Shown here in pieces: positions 48,149 through 61,621 of a DNA stretch of 64,000 nucleotides (the stretch's first letter is position 1; each line of letters starts with the position of its first letter). Source of the stretch: Octopus sinensis. Its lineage: Eukaryota. Where the stretch lies: assembly GCF_006345805.1 (NCBI RefSeq), contig NC_043015.1, positions 31,434,001-31,498,000 of the forward strand, read 5' to 3'. The translations under genes were made by a program, and so were the position numbers. The notes under the pieces were generated by a model. That model was not told where the DNA came from, searched no databases, and saw only the letters and a list, made by a program, of their open reading frames with translations.

Positions 48149-50140
48149 CTTTATTGCACCAGGCTCCAGTCTGATCTGGCAGTGTTTCTACAGCTTGATG
48201 CCCTTCATAACGCCAACCACTCCGTGAGTGTAGAGGGTACGTTTTACATGCCACCGGTACAGGTGCCAGGCGAGGCTGGCAACGGCCATGATTGGTTGAT
48301 GCTTTTTATGTGCCACCAGCATGGAAGCCAGTCAAGGCGGTGCTGGCATTGGCCACATACGGGTGGTGCTTTTTACGTGCCACCGGCACAGGTATCACAA
48401 CTACAATTTCCATTTGATATTTATTTTGATGTTGATGTACTTGACTCAATAGGTCTCCTCAAGCACAGCAGGCCATCCTGTGATCCAAGGCACTTTGGAT
48501 GGGCTGGGGCTGGTTATGTGAAGCTGATGCAGGAAACAGCCATGAACTCACATTATTTGTCAGGTCTTCGCAGTCACAGCATATCTCCAGAAGTCTTGGT
48601 CTTTCGTCATTGCCTCTGTGAGACCCAACATTCGAAGGTCATGCTTGACCACCTCATCCCGTGTCTTCCTGTGTCTACCTCTACTCTGGATTCCTTCAAC
48701 TGTTTGGGAGTGGCACTTCTTCACACATCTCTCCTCATCCATCTGTAGTACATGACCATACCAGCGCAGACGTCTCTCTTGCACGCCACATCCAATGCTT
48801 CTTATGTCCAGTATTTCTTTCAGGGCACTTACACCCTGTCGTGTATGCACACTGACATTTCACATCCAGCGGATCATGTTAGCTTCATTACTTTCAAGCC
48901 TACGCATGTCCCCTGCAGTCACAGCCCATGTTTCACTACTGTGAAGCATGGCAGTTCGCATACATGCGTCGTACAATCTACCTTTCACTCTGAGCGAGAG
49001 ACCCTTTGTCACCAGTAGGGGTAGGAGCTTTCTAAACTTTGCCCAAGCTTATTCTAGTGGTAACACTCTCTGAGCATCTGCCCCCACTACTAACTTGGTC
49101 ACCTAGGGAACGGAAACTATCAACTACTTCTAGTTTCTCCCCCAGGAGTGTAATGGAATCTGTTTTCTGAGTATCTGTGGTGTCTATTGCCCCTGTGCAT
49201 CTTCCGCACACAAAAGCTATCTTCTCGGTTAATTTTCCTTTGATGTTGCTGCACCTCTTATGTGTCCATAGCTTACACTGGGTACGTCTTATGGAGTTTC
49301 TACCTACACCTTTTCAACAAATTGAGCAGGGCCACCTACCTGAAGGGGTGTGTGGTGTGTTTGCCTTCCTACTTACTAGAACCTTGGTCTTTGCTACATT
49401 GACTCTAAGGTCTTTTGATTCTAAACCAAGCTTCTACACCCGAAATTTCTTTTCTAGTTCCAGTAGTGATTCTGCTATGAGGGCCAGGTCATCAGCATAG
49501 AGGAGCTCCCAGGGGCAACCCCTCTTGAATTCCTCTGTTATTGCCTGGAGGACTATGATGAATAAAAGGGTACTGAGGGCTGAACCTTGGTGAACCCCTA
49601 CTTCTACCCGGAATTCTTCACTATACTCATTGCCAATCCTAACCTTGCTGACAGCCTCTCTGTATAGGGCCTGTACAGCCCTTATTAACCATTCGTCAAT
49701 CTCCAGTTTCCGCATTGCCTGCCAGATAAGGGATCGAGGGACCCTGTCAAAGGCTTTCTCCAAGTCCACGAAAGCTATGTAGGGGGGGTTTATCTTTAGC
49801 TAGGTATTTCTCCTGCAGTTGTCGAACCAGGAATATGGCATCAGTGGTGCTTCTACCCAGCACAAAACCGAACTGCATCTCATCTAAGCAAACTCTCTCC
49901 CTAATGAGATGGGCTATGACCCTCTCTGTGACCTTCATCACCTGATCCAACAGTTTAATACCCCTGTAGTTATTTCTATCTAGAGCATCACCTTTACCCT
50001 TGTAGCAGTTGACTATGGTGCTGCTACGCCAGTCATTGGGTATAACTCCATTATGAACTACCTGGTTTACAATGCGGGTGACTAGGCCATAGCCCACACC
50101 ACCAGATGCTTTAAGCATCTCAAAGATACCACTTTTTTGA
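48149..50140 (-). mobile_element. 5'-truncated RTE-clade LINE (RT domain to 3' UTR), frameshifted
   Basis: Peptides NYRGIKLL, QFGFVLGRSTTDAIF, DLEKAFDRVPR, VGVHQGSALSTLLF, LLYADDL, ERRLRWYGHV, RGRHRKT; the 3' UTR is the family C sequence. Confidence 0.92.
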
Positions 50141-50159
50141 ATATTTTGAGTATATATCA

Positions 50160-51790
50160 AATTTTTACCACAATAGAGGGAGGAAAAGAAAATTGCAAAG
50201 AAATAGATTAATATTTATAAACTTATTACTTATCTAAAATATTAACTTATTATATGGTTTCTATGGAGATTGTTCAAATTGATTTAACTGGTAGTTAATA
50301 AAGGGGGGGGGGACAACTGAGGTTAAAGAACATGTTAACTATATAGTGATTTAATTAAACTTGAACTAATTTTAAGTTGTGGAGATACCAGTATTACTTT
50401 ATATAAGCTGAGCATGAATTAATAGGGGTACAAGGATTCGATTTATTTAAGGCTGCTATAAAAATAAACAATAATAACAACAATAAAATGATCAGTTAGG
50501 GTAGAATATCATGGAAAAGGAATAAAAACAGTCTAATCACTAAAAAAAACATAAAAAATAATAAAATATTCATACCTTATTAACTCTAATAGCAAGTATT
50601 TATAGAAAATGTATAATAATTTATGAGCTAAAAATTGTTAATTAACTTATTTAGTTTACTATAATCAGGGCTGAAACCTGGTATTAGTTGAAAAGATAAT
50701 TCTTGTTAAAAGGACAAGCTAACCATATATTAATATTAAATTAAGAGGTTATTTATGCTAATCCATAAATGATATTACAGTTTTTTAGGGGTATTTAATT
50801 AGAAGGGCTATTTGTATAAAGCCAATATAAATACCAAAATTAAGAGGATGGAACATTTTAAGAAAGGGATAAAAAAAAATTAATTACTAAAACTATTTTA
50901 AACAATATGTAATTTTTTTTTGTATAAGGTGCAGGAGTGGCTGTGTGGTAAGTAGCTTGCAAACCAACCACATGGTTCCGGGTTCAGTCCCACTGCGTGG
51001 CATCTTGGGCAAGTGTCTTCTGCTATAGCCCCGGGCCGACCAAAGCCTTGTGAGTGGATTTGGTAGACGGAAACTGAAAGAAGCCTGTCGTATATATGTA
51101 TAGATATATATATATGTATGTGTGTGTGCTTGTGTTTGTCCCCCTAGCATTGCTTGACAACCGATGCTGGTGTGTTTATGTCCCCGTCACTTAGCGGTTC
51201 GGCAAAAGAGACCGATAGAATAAGTACTGGGCTTACAAAGAATAAGTCCCGGGGTCGATTTGCTTGACTAAAGGCGGTGCTCCAGCATGGCCCCAGTCAA
51301 ATGACTGAAACAAGTAAAAGAGTAAGATTAAAATTTAAGATTATCAGGAAGATATACCATTTAGGTGAGAGAACAAATATATTACAAATTAGTTAAATTA
51401 TAAATTAGGCAGTTTAATTAAAAATTTTTTAAATATTTTAAATTGTGAAGATATCCATATTGTTTTTTATAAGCTAAGTATGTATTTATAAGGGTACAAA
51501 AATTTAAGGTAGAGTAGAAACACCCTAGAAAAGGATATGAAATAGCTTAATCCCTAAAATCATGATGAAGTACATATACAACTTAGAAACTTCAATAGAG
51601 AAGATTTATAGAAAATATGTAAAAATTCAAGAAATTAAAAATTGTTAATTTACTTAATTAGCTTGTGTCTTCAATCACTGATACCTAGTATTAACTAAAA
51701 GAAAAATTAGTAGGGCATGCAACCTATGCACTGATTTTGAACTAAAAGGTATATTATAAGTTTTAAAACTCAAGATCAATAAAGTGCTAC
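50160..51790 (+). mobile_element. Possibly a highly decayed L1/Tx1-like LINE 3' region, interrupted by a SINE
   Basis: A/G-skewed, very AT-rich; short peptide relics NINTKIKRMEHFKKGI and CNLC, AATAAA at ~51779. Weak. Confidence 0.3.
50928..51324 (+). mobile_element. SINE family B copy inserted into an AT-rich decayed element
   Basis: Family B sequence flanked on both sides by AT-rich, purine-skewed sequence. Confidence 0.85.
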
Positions 51791-53911
51791 TTTCTAAAAT
51801 ATTTGAAGGTACGGGTGGTGCTAGAAATAGAAGTAAGAGAGAGAGAAAAGGAGAAAAAGTGAAGGCAAGAAATAAGAGTCGCACGGGTATATAAAACTTA
51901 CTGTCGGGGTGCTTGCGTTCCATAAATAAATAAATGTAAAATCTGTAAACAAACAAACGACAGGTAAAAAACGTATAACGTATACAGGTAAAAAAAAAAA
52001 GATCACAAAATTTCCAAACTTTTCATCTCCAAAAGCGTGATGAAAAAAAAAAAACCAAAACTTGAGTGGCTGTGTGGTAAGTAGCTTGCTTACCAACCAC
52101 ATGGTTCTGGGTTCAGTCCCTTTGCATGGCACCTTGGGCAGGTGTCTTCTACTATAGCCTCGGGCCGACCAAAGCCTTGTGAGTGGATTTGGTAGACGGA
52201 AACTGAAAGAAGCCCGTCGTATATATGTATATATATATATATGTATGTGTGTGTATATGATTGCGTTTGTATATGTTTGTGTGTCTGTGTTTGTCCCCCA
52301 ACACCGCTTGACAACCGATGGTGGTGTGTTTACGTCCCCGTCACTTAGCGGTTCGGCAAAAGAGCCCGATAGAATAAGTAAAGGCGGTGCTCCAGCATGG
52401 CCGCAATCAAATGACTGAAACAAGTTTTTAAAAAAATAAAAAAAAAATTCTCGTCAAAACGAAGAAAATCCAACTTATATGGGTATCCTAATCCGAAACT
52501 CCGCCGACCGACGGTCAAGGTGTGGCTGGCCATAACCACCCCGTCATTTTTATTTCATCATTTCTTGATATTGTTTCGTCTGCTGTTTCTGGAAAAAAAT
52601 CTTCTATGTATCCGCAAGCGAACGTTAAACATCCGGAGCTTTGGTGCTTTTCGAAACGCAGAAAGTTTTCTAAGAAAATTTGAAATTAAAAAAAAGGGAA
52701 ATTCTAGATTCGTAATTCGTATTTTTCCATGTGAATTAAAAACAAATTTTGAAAAAAAAAGGTGAAAAAAAAAAAAAAAAAAGGGATGGCGAGGGGGAAA
52801 CTAAAATTTAGAAAACGGGTGTTTTTTTCCCCGGCAAAATCGTAATCTTCGATATCGAAAATAGGGATCCAAAGAAATTTTTGAAAAAAAAAAAATGTGA
52901 CGGGGAGGGGGAAACTAAAATTTAGAAAAACGTGATTTTTTTTTTTTTCCGGCAAAATCGTTATTTTCGATATCGAAAATAGGAATCCAAAGAAATTTTT
53001 GAAAAAAAAAAAAAATTGGGGGTGGGGGTGCTTACACCCGGCATCTACCCGTATATATCATATACATGGTAGTTCTTAACTAAATAAAAACATTACCCAA
53101 TCTGAAAGGTACACGAGGAACATTTTCATTATAAAATACTCGTTTTTATGTAGTTGTAAAGAAACAAAGCCGGCGTGAAGGTATGCGTATATAGATTTTT
53201 TACGGTGAGTGTATATATTACTCTGATAGGCAAGGTAGCTCAGAACGGCGATAGTCGAAACTGACCGGTCAGTCTAAGGAATTCTCGGTTCGTGTGATTG
53301 CAGCCCCTATCAGGAGTATATATATGTTATGTACTTTGTAACAGCATTGGAGCATTTTAGTTCTTATTTCTAGCAATGCAACCGTTAATCACACCCTAAG
53401 TCAAGCGGTGGTGGAGGACAAACCCACACACACACGTGGAGACACCCCACTCCCACACATACTCACGTGGAGACAAAGAAAAAAATTTTATTCAAAGTTT
53501 CTTGGAAAAAAGAGAATTGTTAGTATATAACAGGCGCACGAGCTTGATTTCGAATAGCTTTTCCGTTGACTCGAGGGTATGTAAACCACTTTATTTATTA
53601 CGAAGTGAAACAGAGGAGTGGAAGAATGAATGAATGAATGAATGAATGAATGAATGGAAAAATATATATTTCGTCATAATGAACCGTTAATCCCGACGCA
53701 TTTTCTCTCTCTCTCCGTTTTTCTTGTTCTTTCTCTTCTCTTTTTCCTCCCCCCTCTCAATCCTTTCTGTTGAAGAGCGTAGGCTCGAAACATCAAAGAC
53801 CTTTCAATTCTTTCCGAACGTCAAACTAAAACACCTGCTTGTTATTCCTTCACCTGTCCTCTTTTGTTTTCTGTAAATTTGAACTAGGTCCACTTCTTGG
53901 TTCCTTTTTTT

Positions 53912-53957
<46 letters not shown>

Positions 53958-54865
53958 ACCGATCAGACCATCAGATGTTGCTACACATCGCTGGTCACAA
54001 TGCGTTCGAACGACGCCACCCCGCTGGCTAAGCGAGCAGGCCGATATATATATTATATATATATAATATATATATATATTATAGTTAGTGTGTGTGCGTA
54101 TACACACACACACACACTCATTAGGTTAGTTAAAATGTTTGTTGTGGCATATAGCTATTAGGCATAACTACAGATGAGTACCCCACCGAATGTGTGGTCT
54201 CATAACTTCCAGAAAAATGGATACTTTTTAGCGAAATTTTATACAAATACCTTTCAATCGACATGGATTACGACCATAAAGACATTTTTGGGAAAGCTTT
54301 TTCCAAGGGGTGGGGACAGAGCTTTGGGTCAGGGAGCCTATATAAGTTAGAATTTCTACATTTTGATGAATTTTTTCTTATTTCTTTTTTTTTTTACCAC
54401 ATCTTTTTCTAAAAAAATTAAAATGTTGGGAAATGTTATGATTTTTTTTCTCCATCCCCACCACCAATTTTGACCATTTTCTTTTTTGTACTTAAAGACC
54501 TCGGGAGAAGCCTTTTTTTTTTTTTGGTGGTAAAAAAATTTTGTAAATATTTTCAGACGAAAAAGCGATTAAAGGGAGATTTGGCTGTTGTTTCTAGCAC
54601 ATGCCAAGACCACCCTCCTTGTTTCTCACTCTGACATGTACTCTTTTACTCTTTTTACTTATTTCAGTCATTTGACTGCGGCCATGCTGGAGCACATGTA
54701 TTGTTGTTTTTCAATATTTTTCTCTCCATAAGCACATTTTATGGAATGTTGATGTGGGAGTAACACATGCATGGTCCATTGCTAGAATATAAGCACCAAA
54801 AAATAATGGTAATTAAAATTCTTACCTGCACCCCAAACAAGCGAAGCTGTGTGTGTCTTTGTACA

Positions 54866-55329
54866 TGTAAGAAAAAAACATTGGCGATCTTTCGTCTCTA
54901 GTAGACCTTTCCGTCGATTTCCGTTAAAAAATTTTTTTTTTACATATGGGCTTGCGGGAACTTTTGAAGTAATATACATACATACATATACACATACATC
55001 GAGTAAAAAATATCAGTTATCTCTCTCTTTCACACATTACTCTCTCTGTCTCTTCACACACACTAACAGAAGCACTTCACTTACACAACATACTGTCTGT
55101 CTCCCACACCCCATCAAACACACACACACACATGTACATCAATGCTTGCCATGCACGGTAACTTCAAAAGAACTTCCCTCGTCATACAATCGCTTTCTCT
55201 TAGTCTCTTTCGCTCTCATTACTTCAAAAGTTTCCGCAAGCCCATATGTAAAAAAAAAAAAAAAAAAAATTACGTAAATCGACGGAAAGGTCTACTAGAG
55301 ACGAAAGATTGCCAAAACATTTTCTAACA
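54866..55329. mobile_element. Long-TIR non-autonomous DNA element
   Basis: ~105-bp imperfect inverted repeats (TCTTTCGTCTCTAGTAGACCTTTCCGTCGATTT...GGGCTTGCGG...TTTTGAAGTAAT and its reverse complement); no TSD identified. Confidence 0.7.
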
Positions 55330-55410
55330 GAAAAGTCATCATCATCATTATCATCATCACCATCATCATCGTTTAACGTCCGTTTTCCAATCTAGCATGG
55401 GTTGGACAGT

Positions 55411-55444
<34 letters not shown>

Positions 55445-55451
55445 GCACATA

Positions 55452-55862
55452 GGCGCAGGAGTGGCTGTGTGGTAAGTAGCTTGCTTACCAACCACATGGT
55501 TCCGGGTTCAGTCCCACTGCGTGGCACCTTGGGCAAGTGTCTTCTACTATAGCCTCGGGCCAACCAAAGCCTTGTGAGTGGATTTGGTAGATGGAAACTG
55601 AAAGAAGCCCGGCGTATATATGTATATATGTATGTGTGTGTATATGTTTGTGTGTGTATATGTTTGTGTGTCTGTGTTTGTCTCCCCAACATCGCTTGGC
55701 GTGATTGCGTCCCCATAACCTAGCGGCTCGGCAAAAGAGAACGATAGAATAAGAACTAGGCTTACAAAGAATAAGTCCTGGGGTCGATTTGCTCGACTAA
55801 AGGTGGTGCTCCAGCATGGCCACAGTCAAATAACTGAAACAAGTAAAAGAGTAAAAGAGAGA
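55452..55862 (+). mobile_element. tRNA-derived SINE, family B (~400 bp; CORE-like ACCTTGGGCAAGTGTCTT centre, internal TA/TG microsatellite, GAGTAAAA tail)
   Basis: Head GGCGCAGGAGTGGCTGTGTGGTAAG...GGTTCAGTCCC. Further copies at ~12815-13200(+), 16130-16470(-), 17655-18065(+), 23347-23717(-), 34247-34643(-), 42697-43058(-), 50928-51324(+), 52065-52424(+). Confidence 0.85.
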
Positions 55863-55908
55863 GTAAAGAGTATATAATATCTATCTACATACATACATAC
55901 ATACACAC

Positions 55909-55945
<37 letters not shown>

Positions 55946-56050
55946 TTACAATGGACTTTCAGTTTCTGTCTACCAAATCCACTCACAAGGCTTTGGTCTG
56001 TGCATGCTAGGCACTGGTAGAAAATCTCTAATTCTTCTACCTGTATTTTA

Positions 56051-56103
<53 letters not shown>

Positions 56104-56618
56104 GTTATATATACACACATACATACATTGCCTATATTTATACACACACACACACACACCACACATATTACAATGGACTTTCAGTTTCTGTCTACCAAAT
56201 CCACTCACAAGGCTTTGGTCTGTGCATGCTAGGCACTGGTAGAAAATTTCTCTAATTCTTCTACCCTGTATTTTATATATATATATATTATATATATATA
56301 TATATGTATATATATACACACATACATACATTGCCTATATATATATATAAATATATATACACACATACACATATAATATCTATGTACGTATGTATCTATC
56401 TATCAATCTTAGCACCGCCTTGACTGGCTTCCATGCTGGTGGCACATAAAAAGCACCCACTACACTCTCAGAGTGGTTGGCGTTAGGAAGGGCATCCAGC
56501 TGTAGGAAACACTGCCAGATCAGACTGGAGCCTGGTGCAGCCTCCTGGCTTCCCAGACCCTGGTCACACCGTCCAAACCACACTATCATGGAAAATGGAT
56601 GTTAAACGATGATGATGA

Positions 56619-56659
<41 letters not shown>

Positions 56660-57450
56660 TCTATCTATCTATCCTTCTATCTATCTATCTATCAATCTTT
56701 CTATTTATACATATTTATACATGCATGTAATATAAAGCACTTAGATTTATGGTGTTTATTCAGACCCTAATGTTTGGGCAATCTTTTTTTAATTACTCCA
56801 CTACTCTATGACTTGGAGTGTGCTTCACTTTTGAATTTTTGATTTACTGATGATATATATATATATATAGGGAGAGTTTACGAAAAAAACAAAAGACGAA
56901 GACAGGTGGTGTACAAAACAAACAGATGTATTAGTATAATGCTCAGGAATAGAAAAAGTCTTTTACGTTTCGAGCCTACGCTCTTCTACAGAAAGGGACA
57001 CAGAAAAAACAAGGAGAGAAAAAAGAAATGCATGTAGTGGCTAACGATCTATCATGTGTATGTGTGTGTGTTCATGTTTATAGGTGTGAATGAAAATATT
57101 TTTGTGTGTTTGCACACATATCAGCACACAGTTTTCCTCTTTGTTAACAGACTATATAATGAAATGATGTTCCATATTCTACTTAATTTTCTGTTTACAG
57201 AAGTGGAGAGAGAGGGTGAGTAAGTGTGTGTGGGGCAGCAAGCTTTAGCTACCGTATTTGTAAAAATTCTTTAATCTTCTTGTTTCCACTTCCTATGGAT
57301 CCACCAGCCTGGATAATTTAATTATCTCTGTTTCTCCATTATCGAGGTACTGTTTTTTCATGTGAGTAATCCAACCATGACTACCAGCACTGGAGTAATT
57401 CAATGACATCTGATACATGCAGACTAGATTTGGTACATAATTCATACCAC

Positions 57451-57487
<37 letters not shown>

Positions 57488-57739
57488 TTGTACACACATA
57501 CATACATGATGACATGCAGTTGGGTAGGTGCAAGATTATGGGGGATAGGCAAGTGTAGTGCATAGACAAAGAAAGTGGAAGATGTACGTTGGTGGAGAGA
57601 GAGAGAAAATTTGATGACTCAGGAGGGTGATCAAGTAAAATGAGGCTTGAGAGGACAGTTTTAAGAATGAAGGATGGATCTCAAGTCCAATGGTTCAAGG
57701 TAGCGAAGAGGTTAAGTGATATGAAGGTAAAACTAGGGA

Positions 57740-58290
57740 AGTATGCTTCGGTAGTTCGCAGCCAGGGGAGGACAGTTTAGTAAAAGTTCAGAGACCTTCT
57801 CTCACTGCTGCCAACAAAGGTATTTTCCTCTAGAGTGAAAAGCAGATTGTATGATGCTTGTGTTAGAACTGCAATCCTACATGTGATTGAGCCATGGACC
57901 TTGAATGCAGAGGATTTGAGAAGACTAGAAAGAAGTGAAGCTAGCATACTCCACTGGATGTACAATGTAAGCATGTTTGAACAACAATGTAGAAATGTGT
58001 TGAGAGTAAAACTGTGCATAAAAGTGGTCAGATGTAGTGTGCAGGAAAGAAGGCTGTGCTGGCATGAACCTGTGATGCATAATGATGAGGATCACTGTAT
58101 AAAGAAGTTGAGCTCATTTAATGTGGATGGAGCTTGTGGAAGAGGAAGACCCAGAAAGACATGGACAAAATGGGGAAGATTGATCTCAGAACTTTGAACC
58201 TCATTAAGGAAATGACAAAGAACCAGGATGACCAGCAAAAAGCATAAATTTCATCATGGCAAGTGACCAACAGGTGCACAGCATTGACAA
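57740..58290 (+). mobile_element. Decayed RTE-clade LINE 3' fragment
   Basis: KSRLYDACVRTAILH, VQERRLCW, RGRPRKTW, homologous to the 48.5-49.1 kb element. Confidence 0.82.
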
Positions 58291-58462
58291 GCTTTAAGTA
58301 GGGTGAGATGCATCTGTCATTTCTGAGAATCACTGCTGTGATGTCACTCCATTATCTATTGTGTTTTTTAGCACATGTCTGTGAAGAGATTTTCTCTCAG
58401 TCAAAAACCACCACATCATGCTTTTCAACAATGTATATATATTTATCATGATAAGCAGATGT

Positions 58463-58498
<36 letters not shown>

Positions 58499-58509
58499 GG
58501 TGGTATGTA

Positions 58510-58872
58510 AAAAGCACCATTCGAGCATGATCATTACCAGTGTCACCTTACTGGCACTTGTGCCGGTGGCAAGTGAAAAAATATTCGAGCGAGGTCGTTG
58601 CCAGTGCCGCTGGACTGCCTCCTATGCAGGTGGCACATAAAAAGCACCATTTGAGCGTGGCTGTTGCCAGTACCGCCTGACTGGCTCTCGTGCCAGTGAC
58701 ATGTAAAAGCACCCACTACACTCTCGGAGTGGTTGGCGTTAGGAAGGGCATCCAGCTGTAGAAACTCTGCCGGATCAAGATTGGATCCTGGTGCAGTCAT
58801 CTGGTTCGCCAGTCCTCAGTCAAATCGTCCAACCCATGCTAGCATGGAAAGCGGACGTTAAATGACGATGAT
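58510..58872 (+). mobile_element. Family C short repeat sharing the RTE 3' end, (GAT)n tail
   Basis: GAGTGGTTGGCGTTAGGAAGGGCATCCAGCTGTAGAAAC...CCCATGCTAGCATGGAAAGCGGACGTTAAA(YGAT)n. Copies at ~12017-12460(-), 13250-13385(+), 15955-16100(+), 16930-17317(+), 20213-20350(-), 56410-56620(+), 59658-60050(-). Confidence 0.8.
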
Positions 58873-60332
58873 GATATATATATATACATATACATACATA
58901 CACACGCACGCACACACACACACACACACATACATATACACTGGGTAATGTGTACCTATGTATGTGTAAAAACACAGACACACACGCATATATATTCCGT
59001 TCATATTTGCTCATATCCAGTAACCCCCTGGCCAAGGTTTTATTTACTAAATTCTTTTACATTTGTTCACATGAAGAACCTTTTAACTTGAGGTAATAAT
59101 GGAGGATATGACAGGATGTGTGATGTGGGGCAATGGCCTAGGGCAGAAAGGAAGAAACCTGTGGCAATTATGAGTCAAATGAGGGAGGTTTACAGTTGAT
59201 TTAATACCAGGAAATTGAAACTTCTCAAATTTGAATGTCATGACTGAGAAGGGTTCAGGTTAAACTTGAATATGAAATATTATAACTAAAACTCATTTTT
59301 TTTATGTATATAAATATTTTGGGGGAATTTTCTTTTTTTTAATTTTTTATTTCTGACCTGAAATTTTTGCATTATGGGAGGGTTGAATAAAAAAATTTTC
59401 TGAACTACTTCTCTTTAAATTTTAGTTTTGCTTTTGGTGGGTGAGCGGCTGGGTGGGGGTGGGGATTGAGGGTATTTTGCTTCTGTTTCTGTTAGTTCCG
59501 GTGAAGGAATACAATACTGGAATTATACCTTTTTCTAACAATTTTTTGTATATGTCATACTTATTACCATTATTGTCCTTCCACAGAAATCTTCATAATT
59601 TGAATGTTGTTGTCGTTTAACCCTCGGTCATTCCCCATGAAGCAGATCTATCATGAATCATCATCATCATCATCATAATCGTTTAATGTCCGCTTCCCAT
59701 GCTAGCATGGGTTGGATGATTTGACTGAGGTCTGGCGAACCAGATGGCTGTACCAGACTCCAATCTGATCTGGCAGATTTTCTACAGCTGGATGCCCTTC
59801 CTAACGCCAACCACTCCGAGTGTGTAGTGGGTGCTTTTATGTGCCAACAGCACGAGGGCCAGTTAGGCGGAACTGGCAACGGCCATGCTCAAATGGTGCT
59901 TTTTACATGCCAGTCTAGCGGCACTGGTGACGACCTCGCTCGAATGTTTTTTACTTGTGCCACCAGCACAAGTGCTAGTAAGGTGACGCAGGTAACGATC
60001 ACACTCGAATGGTGTTTTTACGTGCCATTGGCACGGAGGCCAGCTTGTTGCAAGAAATCACCTTGCTACCTTAATGATAATAATATTAATAATTATTATT
60101 ATTATGATAATAATAGTCCTTTCTACTAAAGGTAGAAGGCCTGAAATTTTGTTGGGAAGGGACTAGTCAATTACATCAACCCCAGTGTTTCACTGGTAAT
60201 TAATTTATCGACCCTGAAAGGATGAGAGGCAAAGTTGACCTCAGTGGAATTTGAACTTAGAACACAAAGGTGGACAAAATGCTGCTAAACGTTTTGCCCA
60301 GTATGCTAATGATTCTGCCTAATAATAATAAT

Positions 60333-60364
<32 letters not shown>

Positions 60365-60954
60365 ACAATAAATAACAACAACAACAACAAATAATAATAA
60401 TAATAATAATAATGATGATGATGATGGTTTCAAATTTTGGCACAAGGGCAGCAATTTCGGGGAGAGGCTAAGTCAATTATTTTGATTCCTAGTACTCAAC
60501 TGGTATTTATTTTATTGACTCCAGAAGGATGAAAGACCAATTGGATCTTTGTCAGAAATCAAAAGCGGCGAGCTGGCAGAAACGTTAGCACGCCGGGCAA
60601 AATGCTTAGCAGTATTTCGTCTGCCACTACATTCTGAGTTCAAATTCCGCCAAGGTCAACTTTACTTTTCATCCTTTCAGGGTCCGATTAAATAAGTACT
60701 AGTTATGCACTGGGGTCGATATAATCGACTTAATCCGTTTGTCTGTCCTTGTTTGTCCCCTCTGTGTGTATAGCCCCTTGTGGGCAGTAAAGAAATAAGA
60801 AATCAAAACCGTTCTGTTGCACTGGAACCAGAAGCAAATAAACAGCAGTACATTTCCCCTACACATTCATATATCTAGCTTCACTAACTCTGCTATTACT
60901 ACAATAGTAACCAGCACCAGCACTACCATCATAACAGGCGCCAGCACTATCATT

Positions 60955-61305
60955 ACGACAACCACCACCACCACCACCACTGCAACCACCACCACCGCTA
61001 CCACCACCACCACCACCACTATCACCACCACTACCACCACCACCACCACTACCACCACCACTGCAACCACCACCACCACCACTGCTACCACCACCACCAC
61101 CACCACCACCACCATTACCACCATCACCACCACCACCATCACCACTACCATTACCACCACCACCACCACCACCACCATTACCACCATCACCGCTACCACC
61201 ACCACCACCGCTACCACCACCACCACCGCTACCACCACCACCACCACCACCACCACCATTACCACCACCACCACCGCTACCACCGCCACCACTATCACCA
61301 CCAAC
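60955..61305. repeat. (ACC)n trinucleotide-type microsatellite
   Basis: Degenerate ACC/ACT/GCT repeats; produces spurious poly-Thr/Gly/Val ORFs. Confidence 0.95.
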
Positions 61306-61539
61306 TGCATCATCAACAACGCAAATGGAAAATTCATTTTCTTTATACAACATCGTTTTCAGATGGAGATTTGATGATGCTTCTAACACCTTATGGCATT
61401 TGAAAACTGGCCTGCTTAATTACATCGGGGTTGACAGCTGTTAAATTCATTTAAGAGAAAAATCCAAGCCGTAATAAAATTGTAAAAAACAAACAATTTT
61501 TGTTGTTCACTTTCAGAATTCCACTAGCATTTAGCTAAA

Positions 61540-61621
61540 ATGAAGAGTTACCAACTACTCCAGCTGCTTTTGGTGCTCCATTGCTATACACATGGATTTA
61601 TCTTCACTAAGATGCCAATAA
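61540..61621 (+). CDS. Possible first coding exon of a secreted protein (MKSYQLLQLLLVLHCYTHGFIFTKMPI)
   Basis: CACTTTCAG acceptor at 61516, AAAATG start, signal-peptide-like sequence, GTAAGT donor at 61622 (phase 1). No downstream exon found in the window. Confidence 0.35.

Noticed and set aside
50160-51790. Possible mitochondrial insertion (NUMT), suggested by AT richness and a faint ND5-like stretch
   Set aside because: No sustained match to a mitochondrial protein in any frame I could read; A/G skew and peptide relics fit a decayed LINE better. BLAST against cephalopod mtDNA would settle it.
51821-52423. 200-aa ORF and similar LPNPLTRLW...GTEPGTMW ORFs
   Set aside because: Antisense translation of SINE family B, recurring wherever the SINE occurs.
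60817-61389. Poly-Thr (mucin-like) and antisense poly-Gly/poly-Val ORFs
   Set aside because: Several frames are open only because of an (ACC)n microsatellite; no convincing splice context or non-repetitive domain.
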